Virus record (IMG/VR): IMGVR_UViG_3300029288_005873
Coordinates: 224,001 to 288,000 of that record
Reading direction: 5' to 3' (one strand)
DNA: 64,000 bases
Origin: a virus
Lineage: Duplodnaviria > Caudoviricetes
A program made the translations under genes and the position numbers. Shown here piece after piece: positions 35,657 through 45,382 of the stretch (the first letter of the stretch is position 1; each line of letters begins with the position of its first letter). Under the pieces are notes generated by a model. The model was not told where the DNA came from. It searched no databases and saw nothing but the letters and a program-made list of their open reading frames with translations.

Positions 35657-35949
35657 GTTAGCCAGGACTCCACGACATTAAGAAACTCCAGGAAAGCAAG
35701 CGGACCTTCCAAGGTTTCTAGATCGATTTCAGATTTTGATATTGGTTTCAGACGATTAAATGTCTGACAGACAAAATATGATGGTCTATCTGCCATTTGT
35801 ACGATGGTAACTAGACGCCTATTATGGCTCCATGAAATACCAAATGCACCATCTGCCAAGGCGATTGTTGGTTTTGGAAGCCCAGCGAGATTTATAGCCG
35901 AAAGTACACGCATGCGGTATTTTGCGGAACCTGTACTCCAAAGCCTCAT
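35653..35949 (-). CDS. Hypothetical protein (MxxFNT family)
   Basis: Starts MRLWSTG; shares FGISW with 35046..35477. Confidence 0.55.
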   Translation of the reverse strand: MRLWSTGSAKYRMRVLSAINLAGLPKPTIALADGAFGISWSHNRRLVTIVQMADRPSYFVCQTFNRLKPISKSEIDLETLEGPLAFLEFLNVVESWLT

Positions 35950-35956
35950 GACGCTC

Positions 35957-36325
35957 CTAATCCCAAAGACAATCTTGGATAAAAATTTCCGCTACCGACG
36001 TAGTATTGGGGGAAGTTAAATCTAACGAAAATGTACCCAATTTCCCAATAGAATATGATACGTATATTAATTCTTTACCATCAAGCGCTAAATTTAGCTC
36101 ACCGCGTTCCGCCCATTCGAAAACAAGAAATTTTTGACGTATGTCGAGTTTTGGCCAGAGTTCCAATCTTTTACATTCTGGTAGTATAGAACGAGAAATC
36201 TGTTCCGCAAACTTTTGTACCTTTATGGATGAATTAGCATATTGTGGATATATTGCTTTAATAAGACGTAATTGCTTACCTATTTCACTTCGCCAAAAAT
36301 CGGATCCAGTATTAAATATTCTCAT
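35957..36325 (-). CDS. Hypothetical protein (MxxFNT family)
   Basis: Start re-set to MRIFNTG to avoid overlap with 36333..36623. Confidence 0.5.
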   Translation of the reverse strand: MRIFNTGSDFWRSEIGKQLRLIKAIYPQYANSSIKVQKFAEQISRSILPECKRLELWPKLDIRQKFLVFEWAERGELNLALDGKELIYVSYSIGKLGTFSLDLTSPNTTSVAEIFIQDCLWD

Positions 36326-36332
36326 TCGTAAC

Positions 36333-36623
36333 CTAACAAGTAATTTTTGCGTTAAATTCCGGAGAATCTCCAGTATATGTTGGACAAATATCACCAACAT
36401 ATACAATCTGTGACCATTGTACACCTATAGCCTGGCAAAAAGGACATGTGTCAACATGTGGACCATGATACCTGCCACAACCAGGACACCTCCAAGGAGA
36501 ACGAATATTGTTACACCATGGAGATGCCATTTTCCACCAACCACAAATAGGACAAAAACCAAATATTTGACATTGGTTTCCACAAGTTGGGCATATATAG
36601 TTAATATGATATGTTGTATTCAT
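36333..36623 (-). CDS. Cys-rich zinc-ribbon protein
   Basis: CPTCG, CPICG, W.CPGCG...P....CP.C. Confidence 0.6.
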   Translation of the reverse strand: MNTTYHINYICPTCGNQCQIFGFCPICGWWKMASPWCNNIRSPWRCPGCGRYHGPHVDTCPFCQAIGVQWSQIVYVGDICPTYTGDSPEFNAKITC

Positions 36624-37678
36624 TATTTACTCCGCGAAGAAATGGGAATTGTAACTCGTTTTGACAATGGTAGTGGCAAAGATGCCAATCTCTTACCAGC
36701 ATTACCACTATCTTGTTTCATCACAAAGGGCTGTTTTCGAAGGTGCTTTAACCTATCCACACTTTCTTCAGGTAAGGTTTCGATATAATGCCCGCCACGA
36801 TCTTCAAGAAACCGTTTAAGCGCCTCTTTCTCTTCGTTGGTCCAATCAGATCCTGGTACATTATACATGACAGGTTCCACAAACTTGTGATACTCATATA
36901 GAGCCTTATATGCTTGATCAACTATGCCTGGATAACTTCCTTCCATACTTTTGAGGCGATTAAAAACCTCATCAAGCTGTTCTTTAGTCATATTTCCCAT
37001 ATATGTAGGAAAACCAAACCATGCTCCCCAAGCTTTATGAGGCATACCGAATCTTTCCCATGCTTTCCAAGCATCTTTGAATCCACGATAACTTGCTACA
37101 GCTTCAGATATTGCTGTGCCCACAACAGGCCTGCTTTCTTTTCCAGCCCCAAGACGACCGTATCCCCCAGCTGGCACATTAGGATCATTCTGATAAGTGC
37201 CAACATGACCAAACTCATGTGCTAATTCTCCACTTATTGGTCCACTAGTAATTTTTGGTAAATCTCCAAGACGTGTTAAAAGAAGATCAAAAGCCTCATT
37301 TGCCTTGGCGGGATCCCCTGGGAATAGACGAGGTTGTAGAAGAGCACGATGCTTAACAAAAAAGTCTTTGGGCGCCATTGCGCCCCCATCAGCAGTCTGT
37401 AGGATTTTGAACCACTCTCTACTAGCTGTCGGATAGCCTAGCTTTTTAGCTTCAACATTATAAGCGTTAATGAGTGGATCAGCAAAATCTTCCATAAATC
37501 GTCGAAAATCAAACCCTTTGGCTGCTATTTGAAGCTGACGATAGACCTCACTTGCTCTTTGGCTTCCAAGCTGTGCCTGTTCAAAAGGTGCTGGTTGTTT
37601 CACCAATTCAGGTTCAAATGAAAAGGGTTTTGTCATTAGTTTTGCCCCAAAGGAAGAATCCTCAAACAAATCTGGCAT
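36623..37678 (-). CDS. Zincin-like metallopeptidase domain protein with C-terminal PLSKRV/PISSRS motifs
   Basis: LAHEFGH and a downstream E..AS. Confidence 0.55.
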   Translation of the reverse strand: MPDLFEDSSFGAKLMTKPFSFEPELVKQPAPFEQAQLGSQRASEVYRQLQIAAKGFDFRRFMEDFADPLINAYNVEAKKLGYPTASREWFKILQTADGGAMAPKDFFVKHRALLQPRLFPGDPAKANEAFDLLLTRLGDLPKITSGPISGELAHEFGHVGTYQNDPNVPAGGYGRLGAGKESRPVVGTAISEAVASYRGFKDAWKAWERFGMPHKAWGAWFGFPTYMGNMTKEQLDEVFNRLKSMEGSYPGIVDQAYKALYEYHKFVEPVMYNVPGSDWTNEEKEALKRFLEDRGGHYIETLPEESVDRLKHLRKQPFVMKQDSGNAGKRLASLPLPLSKRVTIPISSRSK

Positions 37679-37694
37679 TATTGATATAAAGATT

Positions 37695-38009
37695 CTACAA
37701 AATCTCAGTCTTTGGGGGTTCGCATTCCTTTTCTGTGGCTTTCAACACTTCCTCAGGTGCTTTAGTGGAACGGAACATTTCGACATCAGGTTGATCAAAC
37801 ATTTTACCAAAAGATGTATCAACCTTTAGACCATTTGTAGGTATAATCTCAAGTTCAATTATTGGAAAAAGTTCTTCTCCATCAAGTTTTATAGATAAGT
37901 TGCGAATTCCACCTAAAATCTTACCATCTAGATATACACGAACATTATTCACATCTGAAGAATCATTTGCCTTAGTTATATACCAGCCTTTACTTGGAAT
38001 TTCCTTCAT
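37695..38009 (-). CDS. Hypothetical protein
   Basis: 104 aa with an AAGGAG SD. Confidence 0.55.
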   Translation of the reverse strand: MKEIPSKGWYITKANDSSDVNNVRVYLDGKILGGIRNLSIKLDGEELFPIIELEIIPTNGLKVDTSFGKMFDQPDVEMFRSTKAPEEVLKATEKECEPPKTEIL

Positions 38010-38617
38010 TTCAATTCTCCTTTTACAAACAACCTAGTCGCAAAACCTTCAACATTGAGAATTTGTTGAGCCTCAATAGGAGGTTCATAAACAAATCGAA
38101 CATTGATTACAAATCTACCATCTGTTGTTCTGCCGAGGTTAATTGCCTCTGGGTTAAATGATTGAAAATATTTTTCAGCAACAACTTTTGCCATTCTAGC
38201 TTTTATAAGCTCTTTCATTCCCTTTTTTCCGATTGACCAAATATGCTCTATCCTACATGTGCGCAACATCTTGCGACACCCAACCAAACCATGCGTGGGA
38301 TCAATAAATTGTTTGCGTTTTGGGTCCCAAACTATAAAATGCCCACCGAAAACTTTTTCCGACCATTCTATAGCAACAAGCGCCGGTTGTCTTTTTGGCA
38401 ATTTCTGTATTTTGTGACACGTTATGCCCAGGCTTTCGATAACATCAATAACGTCATCGGGGAAAAGACCTCCCCTATGGTCGCATTTTGAGAAAAATGG
38501 CAAAATGTCATCATACAATAGCCCCGTGAGCATAGCGGCACAAGCCACTCCACAGTCCCATTTTTTACGTTGCTGTATGAATTCAATTTGTCTCGGTTCG
38601 TGAATAGGAAAAAGCAG
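38006..38617 (-). CDS. Peptidase C39-like cysteine protease
   Basis: The frame upstream of the listed GTG encodes QQRKKWDCGVACAAM; GHFIVWD...DP lies downstream. Probable CTG start at 38617 with GGAGG 8 nt upstream. Confidence 0.65.
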   Translation of the reverse strand: MLFPIHEPRQIEFIQQRKKWDCGVACAAMLTGLLYDDILPFFSKCDHRGGLFPDDVIDVIESLGITCHKIQKLPKRQPALVAIEWSEKVFGGHFIVWDPKRKQFIDPTHGLVGCRKMLRTCRIEHIWSIGKKGMKELIKARMAKVVAEKYFQSFNPEAINLGRTTDGRFVINVRFVYEPPIEAQQILNVEGFATRLFVKGELK

Positions 38618-38641
38618 CTCCGTGACCTCCGGATCTTGCTC

Positions 38642-38929
38642 TTACTTATTGTCCTCCTTCCTGTTTGCCCACTGCGGAAAAAGTCCCGCTTGCGGAACCT
38701 GGACATTAGAAATCTTTGACACCTGTTCGGGCGTCAGATTTTCTCCAGTACTTGATTTCGCTATAGCACGCATAGCTTCTAATTGCTTTCGTAATTTGCC
38801 AAATAGCTTTTCGGAAGCCTCATTGCGAGGTTGCCCTGCCAGCATGTCCTCAATACGCGTTAGAAGACCTTCGATAAGCTGTGGAAATTGGCTTAACGGA
38901 CCGCCACTTTCCCCATTTTTCGTATCCAA
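38642..38929 (-). CDS. Hypothetical protein
   Basis: AAGGAGG SD and TTG start. Confidence 0.5.
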   Translation of the reverse strand: MDTKNGESGGPLSQFPQLIEGLLTRIEDMLAGQPRNEASEKLFGKLRKQLEAMRAIAKSSTGENLTPEQVSKISNVQVPQAGLFPQWANRKEDNK

Positions 38930-39315
38930 AGGATCTCCTCCTTGTTATTTTTACAATGCGCACTGTGACCTAGAAAACTCGCATCAAGTTTACTTACAAT
39001 CTGTTCGTAAATCTCCTTAGGCGCATTTACGAAAGATACGAAACCTTCGCCATTACCGCAATCATATATCATGATTGCTCCGTTCTGAAATCTTAATGTG
39101 CGCCGTAATGTTGGACATACAGCTAACCGGGCATCTTCATTCAAATCACAGAAAGAACTTTTGCCCTGTTCAAAATTCTCGACAGAAGTAAGTAACTCCT
39201 CCTTATACCCCGCATCAGTTCCAGCTTTATATGAAAACCAAGATGTAACAATAGCAAATAGCAAAGCACCAAGGATAAGTAGTATCTTTACTCTCATTCC
39301 ATTTCTCCAAGACAA
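38893..39315 (-). CDS. Hypothetical membrane-anchored protein
   Basis: N-terminal hydrophobic helix. Confidence 0.5.
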   Translation of the reverse strand: MSWRNGMRVKILLILGALLFAIVTSWFSYKAGTDAGYKEELLTSVENFEQGKSSFCDLNEDARLAVCPTLRRTLRFQNGAIMIYDCGNGEGFVSFVNAPKEIYEQIVSKLDASFLGHSAHCKNNKEEILWIRKMGKVAVR

Positions 39316-39587
39316 AGATGCCTTCTAAGTTCATCCATTTTTCCAGATCGCCACATAGCCATTAGTGCGTTTATTTCCTCCATCGAAAATCCGCATGCGG
39401 TCTTATCAAGATCTTGACTCATAATTTCTCTGCGGTCTACGAAAAAAATCACTTTTCCTGCTTCTCGGTCTATCTTAATTTCCCGACAAGGACCAGCTGT
39501 TTCATCATGCTCTTCGAAAGGATCAGGAAGCTCCATAATACCTTCTTCAAGCAAACGCCTTAAATCATTAGTATTCATAAGTTTCAT
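39294..39587 (-). CDS. Hypothetical protein
   Basis: 97 aa. Confidence 0.5.
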   Translation of the reverse strand: MKLMNTNDLRRLLEEGIMELPDPFEEHDETAGPCREIKIDREAGKVIFFVDRREIMSQDLDKTACGFSMEEINALMAMWRSGKMDELRRHLCLGEME

Positions 39588-39595
39588 ATTGACCC

Positions 39596-39838
39596 CTACT
39601 TGACCTCTTCTTCGATCATCTTGTTATAGCAGGATTCACATAGGTCCCATTGGCAGGAATCGGATCCGTCATGTTGTATAAAACGGACAAGAAGCCTCCA
39701 GGAGCCGCAGCTATCGCATACACCAAAATTCCGACGTGATAAAGTCTTATCGACAAATCTGCGCTGCGCTCTTTTGACAAGAGTGGTGAAAGAAACCATT
39801 GCTATCCCAACTTTATATGCTTGTGGCGCTGCTTCCAA
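39596..39838 (-). CDS. Small zinc-finger protein
   Basis: CDSCG and LCESC; start uncertain. Confidence 0.5.
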   Translation of the reverse strand: MEAAPQAYKVGIAMVSFTTLVKRAQRRFVDKTLSRRNFGVCDSCGSWRLLVRFIQHDGSDSCQWDLCESCYNKMIEEEVK

Positions 39839-40194
39839 TCTTCGAAAGCTTTCGAATCGCGACCACCTTGTTCATGCGGACCAATGGCAACTTCCTCTGG
39901 CACAACTGCGGCAATATTTTCAGGTTGAGCTGTAACAACCAATGGCTTTTTTGAATTTGTCAAAACCACAATTTTATCTGTGGGTTTTGCATCAGGGAAA
40001 TCCACAATTACTTCAACAGGAATTTGCTCATCTTCAAACATGAGATTAAGTGGATTTGCCAAAGGTGCAAAAACCCGCAAGAGTAATTTGTCTTCAGTAT
40101 CAGCTATGACCGCATTGACAAAACCTGGCACTTCGCGCATCAAATCAAATTTGTGCTTTTGTAGGAACCCTAGAATTTTTTCTTTATCAACCAT
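39802..40194 (-). CDS. Hypothetical protein
   Basis: Probable start MVDKEK after GGAGG. Confidence 0.55.
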   Translation of the reverse strand: MVDKEKILGFLQKHKFDLMREVPGFVNAVIADTEDKLLLRVFAPLANPLNLMFEDEQIPVEVIVDFPDAKPTDKIVVLTNSKKPLVVTAQPENIAAVVPEEVAIGPHEQGGRDSKAFEDWKQRHKHIKLG

Positions 40195-41347
40195 TTTTCT
40201 CCTCCATGATGTGACGAACAGCCACCAAAGCTGACGCCATAGCTCCAAAAGGACTTTTTACTCTTGAAACACATTCCCCAGCACCATAAAGTCCACAGAA
40301 ATCTGTTCCCATATATGAATTAACTTCAATAGAACCTTCTACACGCATTTCTGGTATGTGAATTGTTGCACATCCAATTAACGATGGTAACATTTTGTCT
40401 AGTTTTAACAAAGCATCGCAAATTGGATGAAATTGATCAATATGTTCGAGGACGCTGTGCCCCTTTACAAAATCAATTCCCCTTTCCCGTTTTACTTTAT
40501 CATTAGATAGCGTATTCACTATGCGAATTAATCTAGCCGCATCTGTAAAATCTTGTATCGGAACACTTGCCATAAAAGTCGTACGTTCGGAGGGTTTTCC
40601 TGGTGCTGAATAGGCAAAAACTGTCATCAAACCCCCATCTTCACGGTCTCCAATAAGAGAATTAATACGCATATCATCAAAAAGAACATTGTCAGATTCT
40701 AGTCTGAGGTCTCCAGCTATTTTGAGAAACGGTTTAACAAGTTTGCTGGGAACCTCAACACGAACTCCTAATTTTGCCTTAGAATTTGAAATTGGAATGC
40801 CAAACGTTGTACTTATTGTGCGTATCCATTCTACAGAATGGCTCCCCGTTGATATTATACATTTCTTTGCTTCCATCCTACCACGATTAGTATGAAGAAC
40901 AAATTTTCCATCATTATAGCTTAGACGATTAACATTGGTGCCAAAAAGTACATCGGCTTTTCCAAGCCTTTTTTGTAAATGTTGTGATAGTTCATATCCA
41001 CATCCATGATTAAGTTGGTAAAATGGCAATGGAACCGTACGAAGTGGCAAGCCTTCTAATGATGCTGATATATGCTGTTCTAGCATTCCACCGTTAGCTT
41101 TGCGACACATGTCAAATATTGCGGCAAAAGCATGGGGATCGGAAAAATCATCTTTTTCAGAATCCGCCCTAGCCATGGAAAACATGGCACGCCCAAACCA
41201 ACCCGACACCAGACTGCGGCGATCTTTTAGACCATGTCCGCGTTCTAGCGCAAGTACATCCAATCCGCCTTCGGCAGCAGCTATGGTAGCCAGCGTACCA
41301 GCCATTCCAGTTCCCACCACGGCAAGATCATAAATCTTCATTGGCAC
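40187..41347 (-). CDS. FAD-dependent oxidoreductase (HI0933-like)
   Basis: YD..VVG.G.AG, LERG, ISTG and GLYGAGE. Confidence 0.75.
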   Translation of the reverse strand: MPMKIYDLAVVGTGMAGTLATIAAAEGGLDVLALERGHGLKDRRSLVSGWFGRAMFSMARADSEKDDFSDPHAFAAIFDMCRKANGGMLEQHISASLEGLPLRTVPLPFYQLNHGCGYELSQHLQKRLGKADVLFGTNVNRLSYNDGKFVLHTNRGRMEAKKCIISTGSHSVEWIRTISTTFGIPISNSKAKLGVRVEVPSKLVKPFLKIAGDLRLESDNVLFDDMRINSLIGDREDGGLMTVFAYSAPGKPSERTTFMASVPIQDFTDAARLIRIVNTLSNDKVKRERGIDFVKGHSVLEHIDQFHPICDALLKLDKMLPSLIGCATIHIPEMRVEGSIEVNSYMGTDFCGLYGAGECVSRVKSPFGAMASALVAVRHIMEEKNG

Positions 41348-41904
41348 TTTTCCGCAATTGTCCTATTGGCCGCCCATACAAAAAGCTTTACAGCCAAACT
41401 TTTTGGAATCGACCACATATATTCTGAACTTGAAATCGTCTCTGCAAAATTTTGCGCACGGGCAATAATCACTGAAGATGGAGTTCCAGATGCTAGAAGT
41501 GCCCTCCAAGATGCCCTATCAGCATCCATTTCTAATAGGGCTCTTGGGAAAGCAAACAATACTGGAAATGGGAAAAGAACATATATAAGCATCATAATAG
41601 GCAAACCGACAAGAGGGTGAATACCAAAACCACAAAAACGAGCCTGTCGGCTATGTCTGCTTTCATGAACAATAACGCGTTCTACAGTTGCCACACTCCA
41701 TGTGGCAGGATAGGCTTGGATATTGCCAATTGTAGTGGCAAATCTAGTTAGAAAATTTTCACGCTTGAAGGCACCAAAACTAACAATGAAAAGGAACCAG
41801 GCGATAATTTTCCAAAATTTACCATCTTTGGAAACAAGCTTTACGGATTTATCAATCTTACGTGCCTCTGCCTGTAACCTTTCCTTGTCTGAAAGCCAAC
41901 TCAT
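41338..41904 (-). CDS. HExxH-containing membrane-associated protein
   Basis: HESRH..Q and E..A, with hydrophobic segments. Confidence 0.5.
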   Translation of the reverse strand: MSWLSDKERLQAEARKIDKSVKLVSKDGKFWKIIAWFLFIVSFGAFKRENFLTRFATTIGNIQAYPATWSVATVERVIVHESRHSRQARFCGFGIHPLVGLPIMMLIYVLFPFPVLFAFPRALLEMDADRASWRALLASGTPSSVIIARAQNFAETISSSEYMWSIPKSLAVKLFVWAANRTIAEKCQ

Positions 41905-42095
41905 TTAAGATCTCCTTTAGTGAGCCAATTTTTGATGGCTTGAACTTTTCCTTGATCTATTACCACATTTGTAGAGGTTATTTTTGAACCCGATGGGTGC
42001 ATTGCTTGAAGACGTATGTGAAGCTCACCTCCCTCAAGGAGTTCCAAAAAAAGCTGACCGCCGCCTTCAAACTCGAATTCCAGCGTATTTTCCAT
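41901..42095 (-). CDS. Hypothetical protein
   Basis: GGAGG SD. Confidence 0.5.
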   Translation of the reverse strand: MENTLEFEFEGGGQLFLELLEGGELHIRLQAMHPSGSKITSTNVVIDQGKVQAIKNWLTKGDLK

Positions 42096-42227
42096 TCTAG
42101 CCTCCTAAAAACAATATGCTGAAGTTTGAAAACTGGTCGACAATTACGGGGCAATTTTCCATAAACCAAATAGCATATGGTGTCTTCATAAATTCCTGAA
42201 CAGTTTTATTGATAAAATATGTTATTT

Positions 42228-43700
42228 TCATAGAATAGCCTGTTTCCTCTTTTGGAAATCATACTTTCCACACGCCATTAGCATGACAAGTGGACAAGTT
42301 TTACGAGCGGCAGCCACCATTTTATCAGCTACATTACGGATGTCCCATTGTGCATGAGAGTCTTGGCGCAGTCTACTAAAGTGATAAAGCTCTCTAGCAT
42401 TCATTTTTACCAAAACACGACGCCTATGGGCTTGCGTCAACACATATGTGGCAGCATCTCGTAGCCCATGTGTTAAAAGTTTTCCATAAAAAACAGAGCT
42501 ACGATCCATTATTTCTTTGAATTTTTGACCAAATCCAGCTTCAAGCACGGTTGGAGGTACTGTAAAACCAAGAGAAATATTATAATCCTGCGGCAAAATA
42601 GTTGCCATTCTATGCCGTTTTAATTGTGCAAAACAGGAAGCAGAAACTATCAATTCAAAACGAAATTCTGCCAATTCGAAAGCCCTTGGCACAGCGTCCC
42701 ATTCCTGCATAGGACCAAATAACGCTTTAAGAATCCTATTTTTCTGTTTGTAATTATTACGCACCCAAATTTTCTCGCATTGTTTAGAATCCATGCCACA
42801 ATGCTCATACAATAGAGCTCCCATAACTTTCTTTTCAGCATCTTTATCCCAATTCAAAAGACATACGGGTTCTTTATTTGGTTTTGTACTGTATTTTGCC
42901 ATATCAAAACTTTCTTCGGACAATTTTCTAAGTTCTGAAACAGCAGTCAATTGTTCAATTGTTGGATCAAGATACCTAAGCAAAGATGGGGTTACATTAC
43001 GCCCCTCATCACGAAGCAACTTAGCTACTGATTTGGCTTCGTCCAGAGGGTGTATAAGCAAACGTTTAATCATATGTTCGAGATTGCGAGCATTACAAGT
43101 CATGCCCAATTGACCCTCGACCGCTAATGATGTAACATACCTTGCGTCTTCTTTCGCCTTTCCTTCAAAAGCTTTTCGCATATCCTTGTCGGCATTTGGA
43201 TTCTTAGCAAGAAGATAGGCAAGGATTCCTTCATATATTTCACAATAAGCAGCATATTGCTCTGCCATCAAAGCTCTAAATTCAACCTCAAAACCAGCTT
43301 CAACAATTTCCCTAGGAACTACAAATTCCTCACCAAGTTGCGTATATCTTTGACTTTTTTCAGTATAGCTACAAAGGCGAGCATGTTCTATAGCTTCAAT
43401 CACTAGACGCGAAACGCCCATAATATCAAAATTGAGAGCCGCATGTTCGGCAATTGACTCATGACCCATACCAAACACTATTTGTTTATTTGAGGCGCGT
43501 GCTTTAGCCACATCTTCTATGGCAGCTGCGCGCAATTCGTCAACCGGTCTTGGATCACGACTTATTCTTGCATATGCGGCTGAAATGGTTTCAGGAGTCA
43601 TAGCATCAGCGCGACTATCAGGACCCCCTTCGGTCATGAAAAATTTAGCATCTTCGAGAATGTCGATGTCGGCATTGAAGCCAGCCAGCTTAATCTTCAT
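42228..43700 (-). CDS. thyX: Flavin-dependent thymidylate synthase, tandem two-domain type
   Basis: GHESIAEH, SYTEKSQRY, EDARY, NAR.L in domain 1; QLKRHR, NARELYH...R....AQWDIR in domain 2. Confidence 0.88.
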   Translation of the reverse strand: MKIKLAGFNADIDILEDAKFFMTEGGPDSRADAMTPETISAAYARISRDPRPVDELRAAAIEDVAKARASNKQIVFGMGHESIAEHAALNFDIMGVSRLVIEAIEHARLCSYTEKSQRYTQLGEEFVVPREIVEAGFEVEFRALMAEQYAAYCEIYEGILAYLLAKNPNADKDMRKAFEGKAKEDARYVTSLAVEGQLGMTCNARNLEHMIKRLLIHPLDEAKSVAKLLRDEGRNVTPSLLRYLDPTIEQLTAVSELRKLSEESFDMAKYSTKPNKEPVCLLNWDKDAEKKVMGALLYEHCGMDSKQCEKIWVRNNYKQKNRILKALFGPMQEWDAVPRAFELAEFRFELIVSASCFAQLKRHRMATILPQDYNISLGFTVPPTVLEAGFGQKFKEIMDRSSVFYGKLLTHGLRDAATYVLTQAHRRRVLVKMNARELYHFSRLRQDSHAQWDIRNVADKMVAAARKTCPLVMLMACGKYDFQKRKQAIL

Positions 43701-44712
43701 TTGTCGTTCTCCTCCAATCACCATTTAGGGCATCCCTCATAACTGCTTCAGTTTTAGGTCCCCAAATCCCATCAGGTACCAAACCATGCTCTTTCTGGAA
43801 AGTCTGTAGCGCATATCTAGTCTTCGGACCAAAATCTCCATCAAGAGGACCGGGATCGTATCCGAGCTTTTTCAAAGCATTTTGGCGTTCCAGCCAAGTT
43901 CCAAGTTCCTGCTCGTCTATATTTTCCGCTATTTCTTTGTTAACAACAACAGTTCCAATTCCTTTAAGAAAGCGATCAAAATCAAAAGCAATTGGATCAA
44001 TCTTATCCGTTGTTACTTGAAAATGACAAATAAAACCCTGATGTTTTTTTGGTTCCGCAAGTTGTGTCTTAATAATTTCGCCTTTTTCTCTTGCAAAATC
44101 AGGTTTAATTAGCGGAAAAATCTCAACAAGCCCTTTTGCCAATTTTATCAAAGCATTGTATTGGGCGTCAGAATAGTCAAAACCCTTAAGTTTCATTCCA
44201 TGTATTGTGTCCAACTTAACTTTACGCGGACCCACTTTATATTTTTTCTGATGAGCCTCATCATAAGCATCGGGATATTGACCAGCGGCAGCGCGTGAAT
44301 CAATCTCTATACCTACAGACATGGCATTATTGCCACCAATGTGAAATGCGCGTTCGCGAACATCAAGACATTGGTAGATGGTTCCGTCATCATCACATAT
44401 AAAATGTACAGAAAGACCGCGTTGTTGTAGAGTCTCAAATGTATCCTTAGACCTATACAGTCCAGAATGGTGTAGACCAAATTGCCATACGATTTTCTTA
44501 AGCTTTGCTAGATCTGGAGTTCCACCCAATGCTAATCTGGATTTATAGCGCTTTCCTTTTACCACCTCCATCTTACCTGTTTTTCGATTTTGAGTTTCAT
44601 ACGCAGTAGTATCGTAAGCGCTAAAGCCTCCGGGCTCATTCCACAAAACAACGCGCGTTCCAATGTCATATTTCTTATCACATACAACAATACATGTATT
44701 ACTAGACATCAT
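43690..44712 (-). CDS. N-acetylmuramoyl-L-alanine amidase (Amidase_2) with a C-terminal peptidoglycan-binding domain; probable endolysin
   Basis: LHH, SVHF..D.DG.IYQ, AFH.G..N..SVGIE, H....KIDP; LGY.PG..DG.FG..T..A...FQ...GL..DG..GPKT. Confidence 0.88.
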   Translation of the reverse strand: MMSSNTCIVVCDKKYDIGTRVVLWNEPGGFSAYDTTAYETQNRKTGKMEVVKGKRYKSRLALGGTPDLAKLKKIVWQFGLHHSGLYRSKDTFETLQQRGLSVHFICDDDGTIYQCLDVRERAFHIGGNNAMSVGIEIDSRAAAGQYPDAYDEAHQKKYKVGPRKVKLDTIHGMKLKGFDYSDAQYNALIKLAKGLVEIFPLIKPDFAREKGEIIKTQLAEPKKHQGFICHFQVTTDKIDPIAFDFDRFLKGIGTVVVNKEIAENIDEQELGTWLERQNALKKLGYDPGPLDGDFGPKTRYALQTFQKEHGLVPDGIWGPKTEAVMRDALNGDWRRTTNED

Positions 44713-45382
44713 CTTCCCCCACATCTTGCTCTATTCCATTAGTCCACAAACGCTTAGAAATATGGTTTATAACTTCAGCATGAATACTTTCTTTCGTCTT
44801 TGGAGGTGCGGCATCTATTAGAACAATACGCCCTTGTTCAGCCAAACTTCCAGCCAATTTCAAAAATCCTTGTCTAACACGTAGGTGGAAATCCATAGCT
44901 TCACGCTCCAAACGATCACCCCCACCCGTCTTTGCTTTGGCACGCTCTAGCCCTACCTCTGGAGGAATATCAAAAATAAAAGTAAGATCAGGCATAAGTC
45001 CACCAGTAACGAATTCAAGCATAGGATCTAGTTTACTTCGACCTATGCCACGACTTACCCCTTGGTAAACTCTGGTTGAGTCAACATACCGATCACATAC
45101 TACATGAAGACCCTTTGTTAGACTTGGTCTTATAAGCTTTTCCACATGTTGAGCCCGATCTGCAAGGAATAGCATAAGTTCAGTCGTGGGCGCTAAATCT
45201 TTTGATGGATCAAGTAGAAGCTCTCTAATTTTTACGCACTCTGACAAATGCGGAGAACCCGGTTCTTTTGTAAGAATGTGTTGAATGTTCAGTTTTGACA
45301 TCCATTGCGAGACAAGTTCAATCTGTGTTGTCTTGCCAGCACCTTCGCCTCCCTCAAAACTCATGAACAAAGGTTTACTCAT
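44702..45382 (-). CDS. tmk: Thymidylate kinase
   Basis: FEGGEGAGKTTQ, EPG, LFLADRAQH, CDRY.DS..YQG, PDLT. Start MSKPLF is ATGA-coupled to map. Confidence 0.93.
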   Translation of the reverse strand: MSKPLFMSFEGGEGAGKTTQIELVSQWMSKLNIQHILTKEPGSPHLSECVKIRELLLDPSKDLAPTTELMLFLADRAQHVEKLIRPSLTKGLHVVCDRYVDSTRVYQGVSRGIGRSKLDPMLEFVTGGLMPDLTFIFDIPPEVGLERAKAKTGGGDRLEREAMDFHLRVRQGFLKLAGSLAEQGRIVLIDAAPPKTKESIHAEVINHISKRLWTNGIEQDVGEDDV

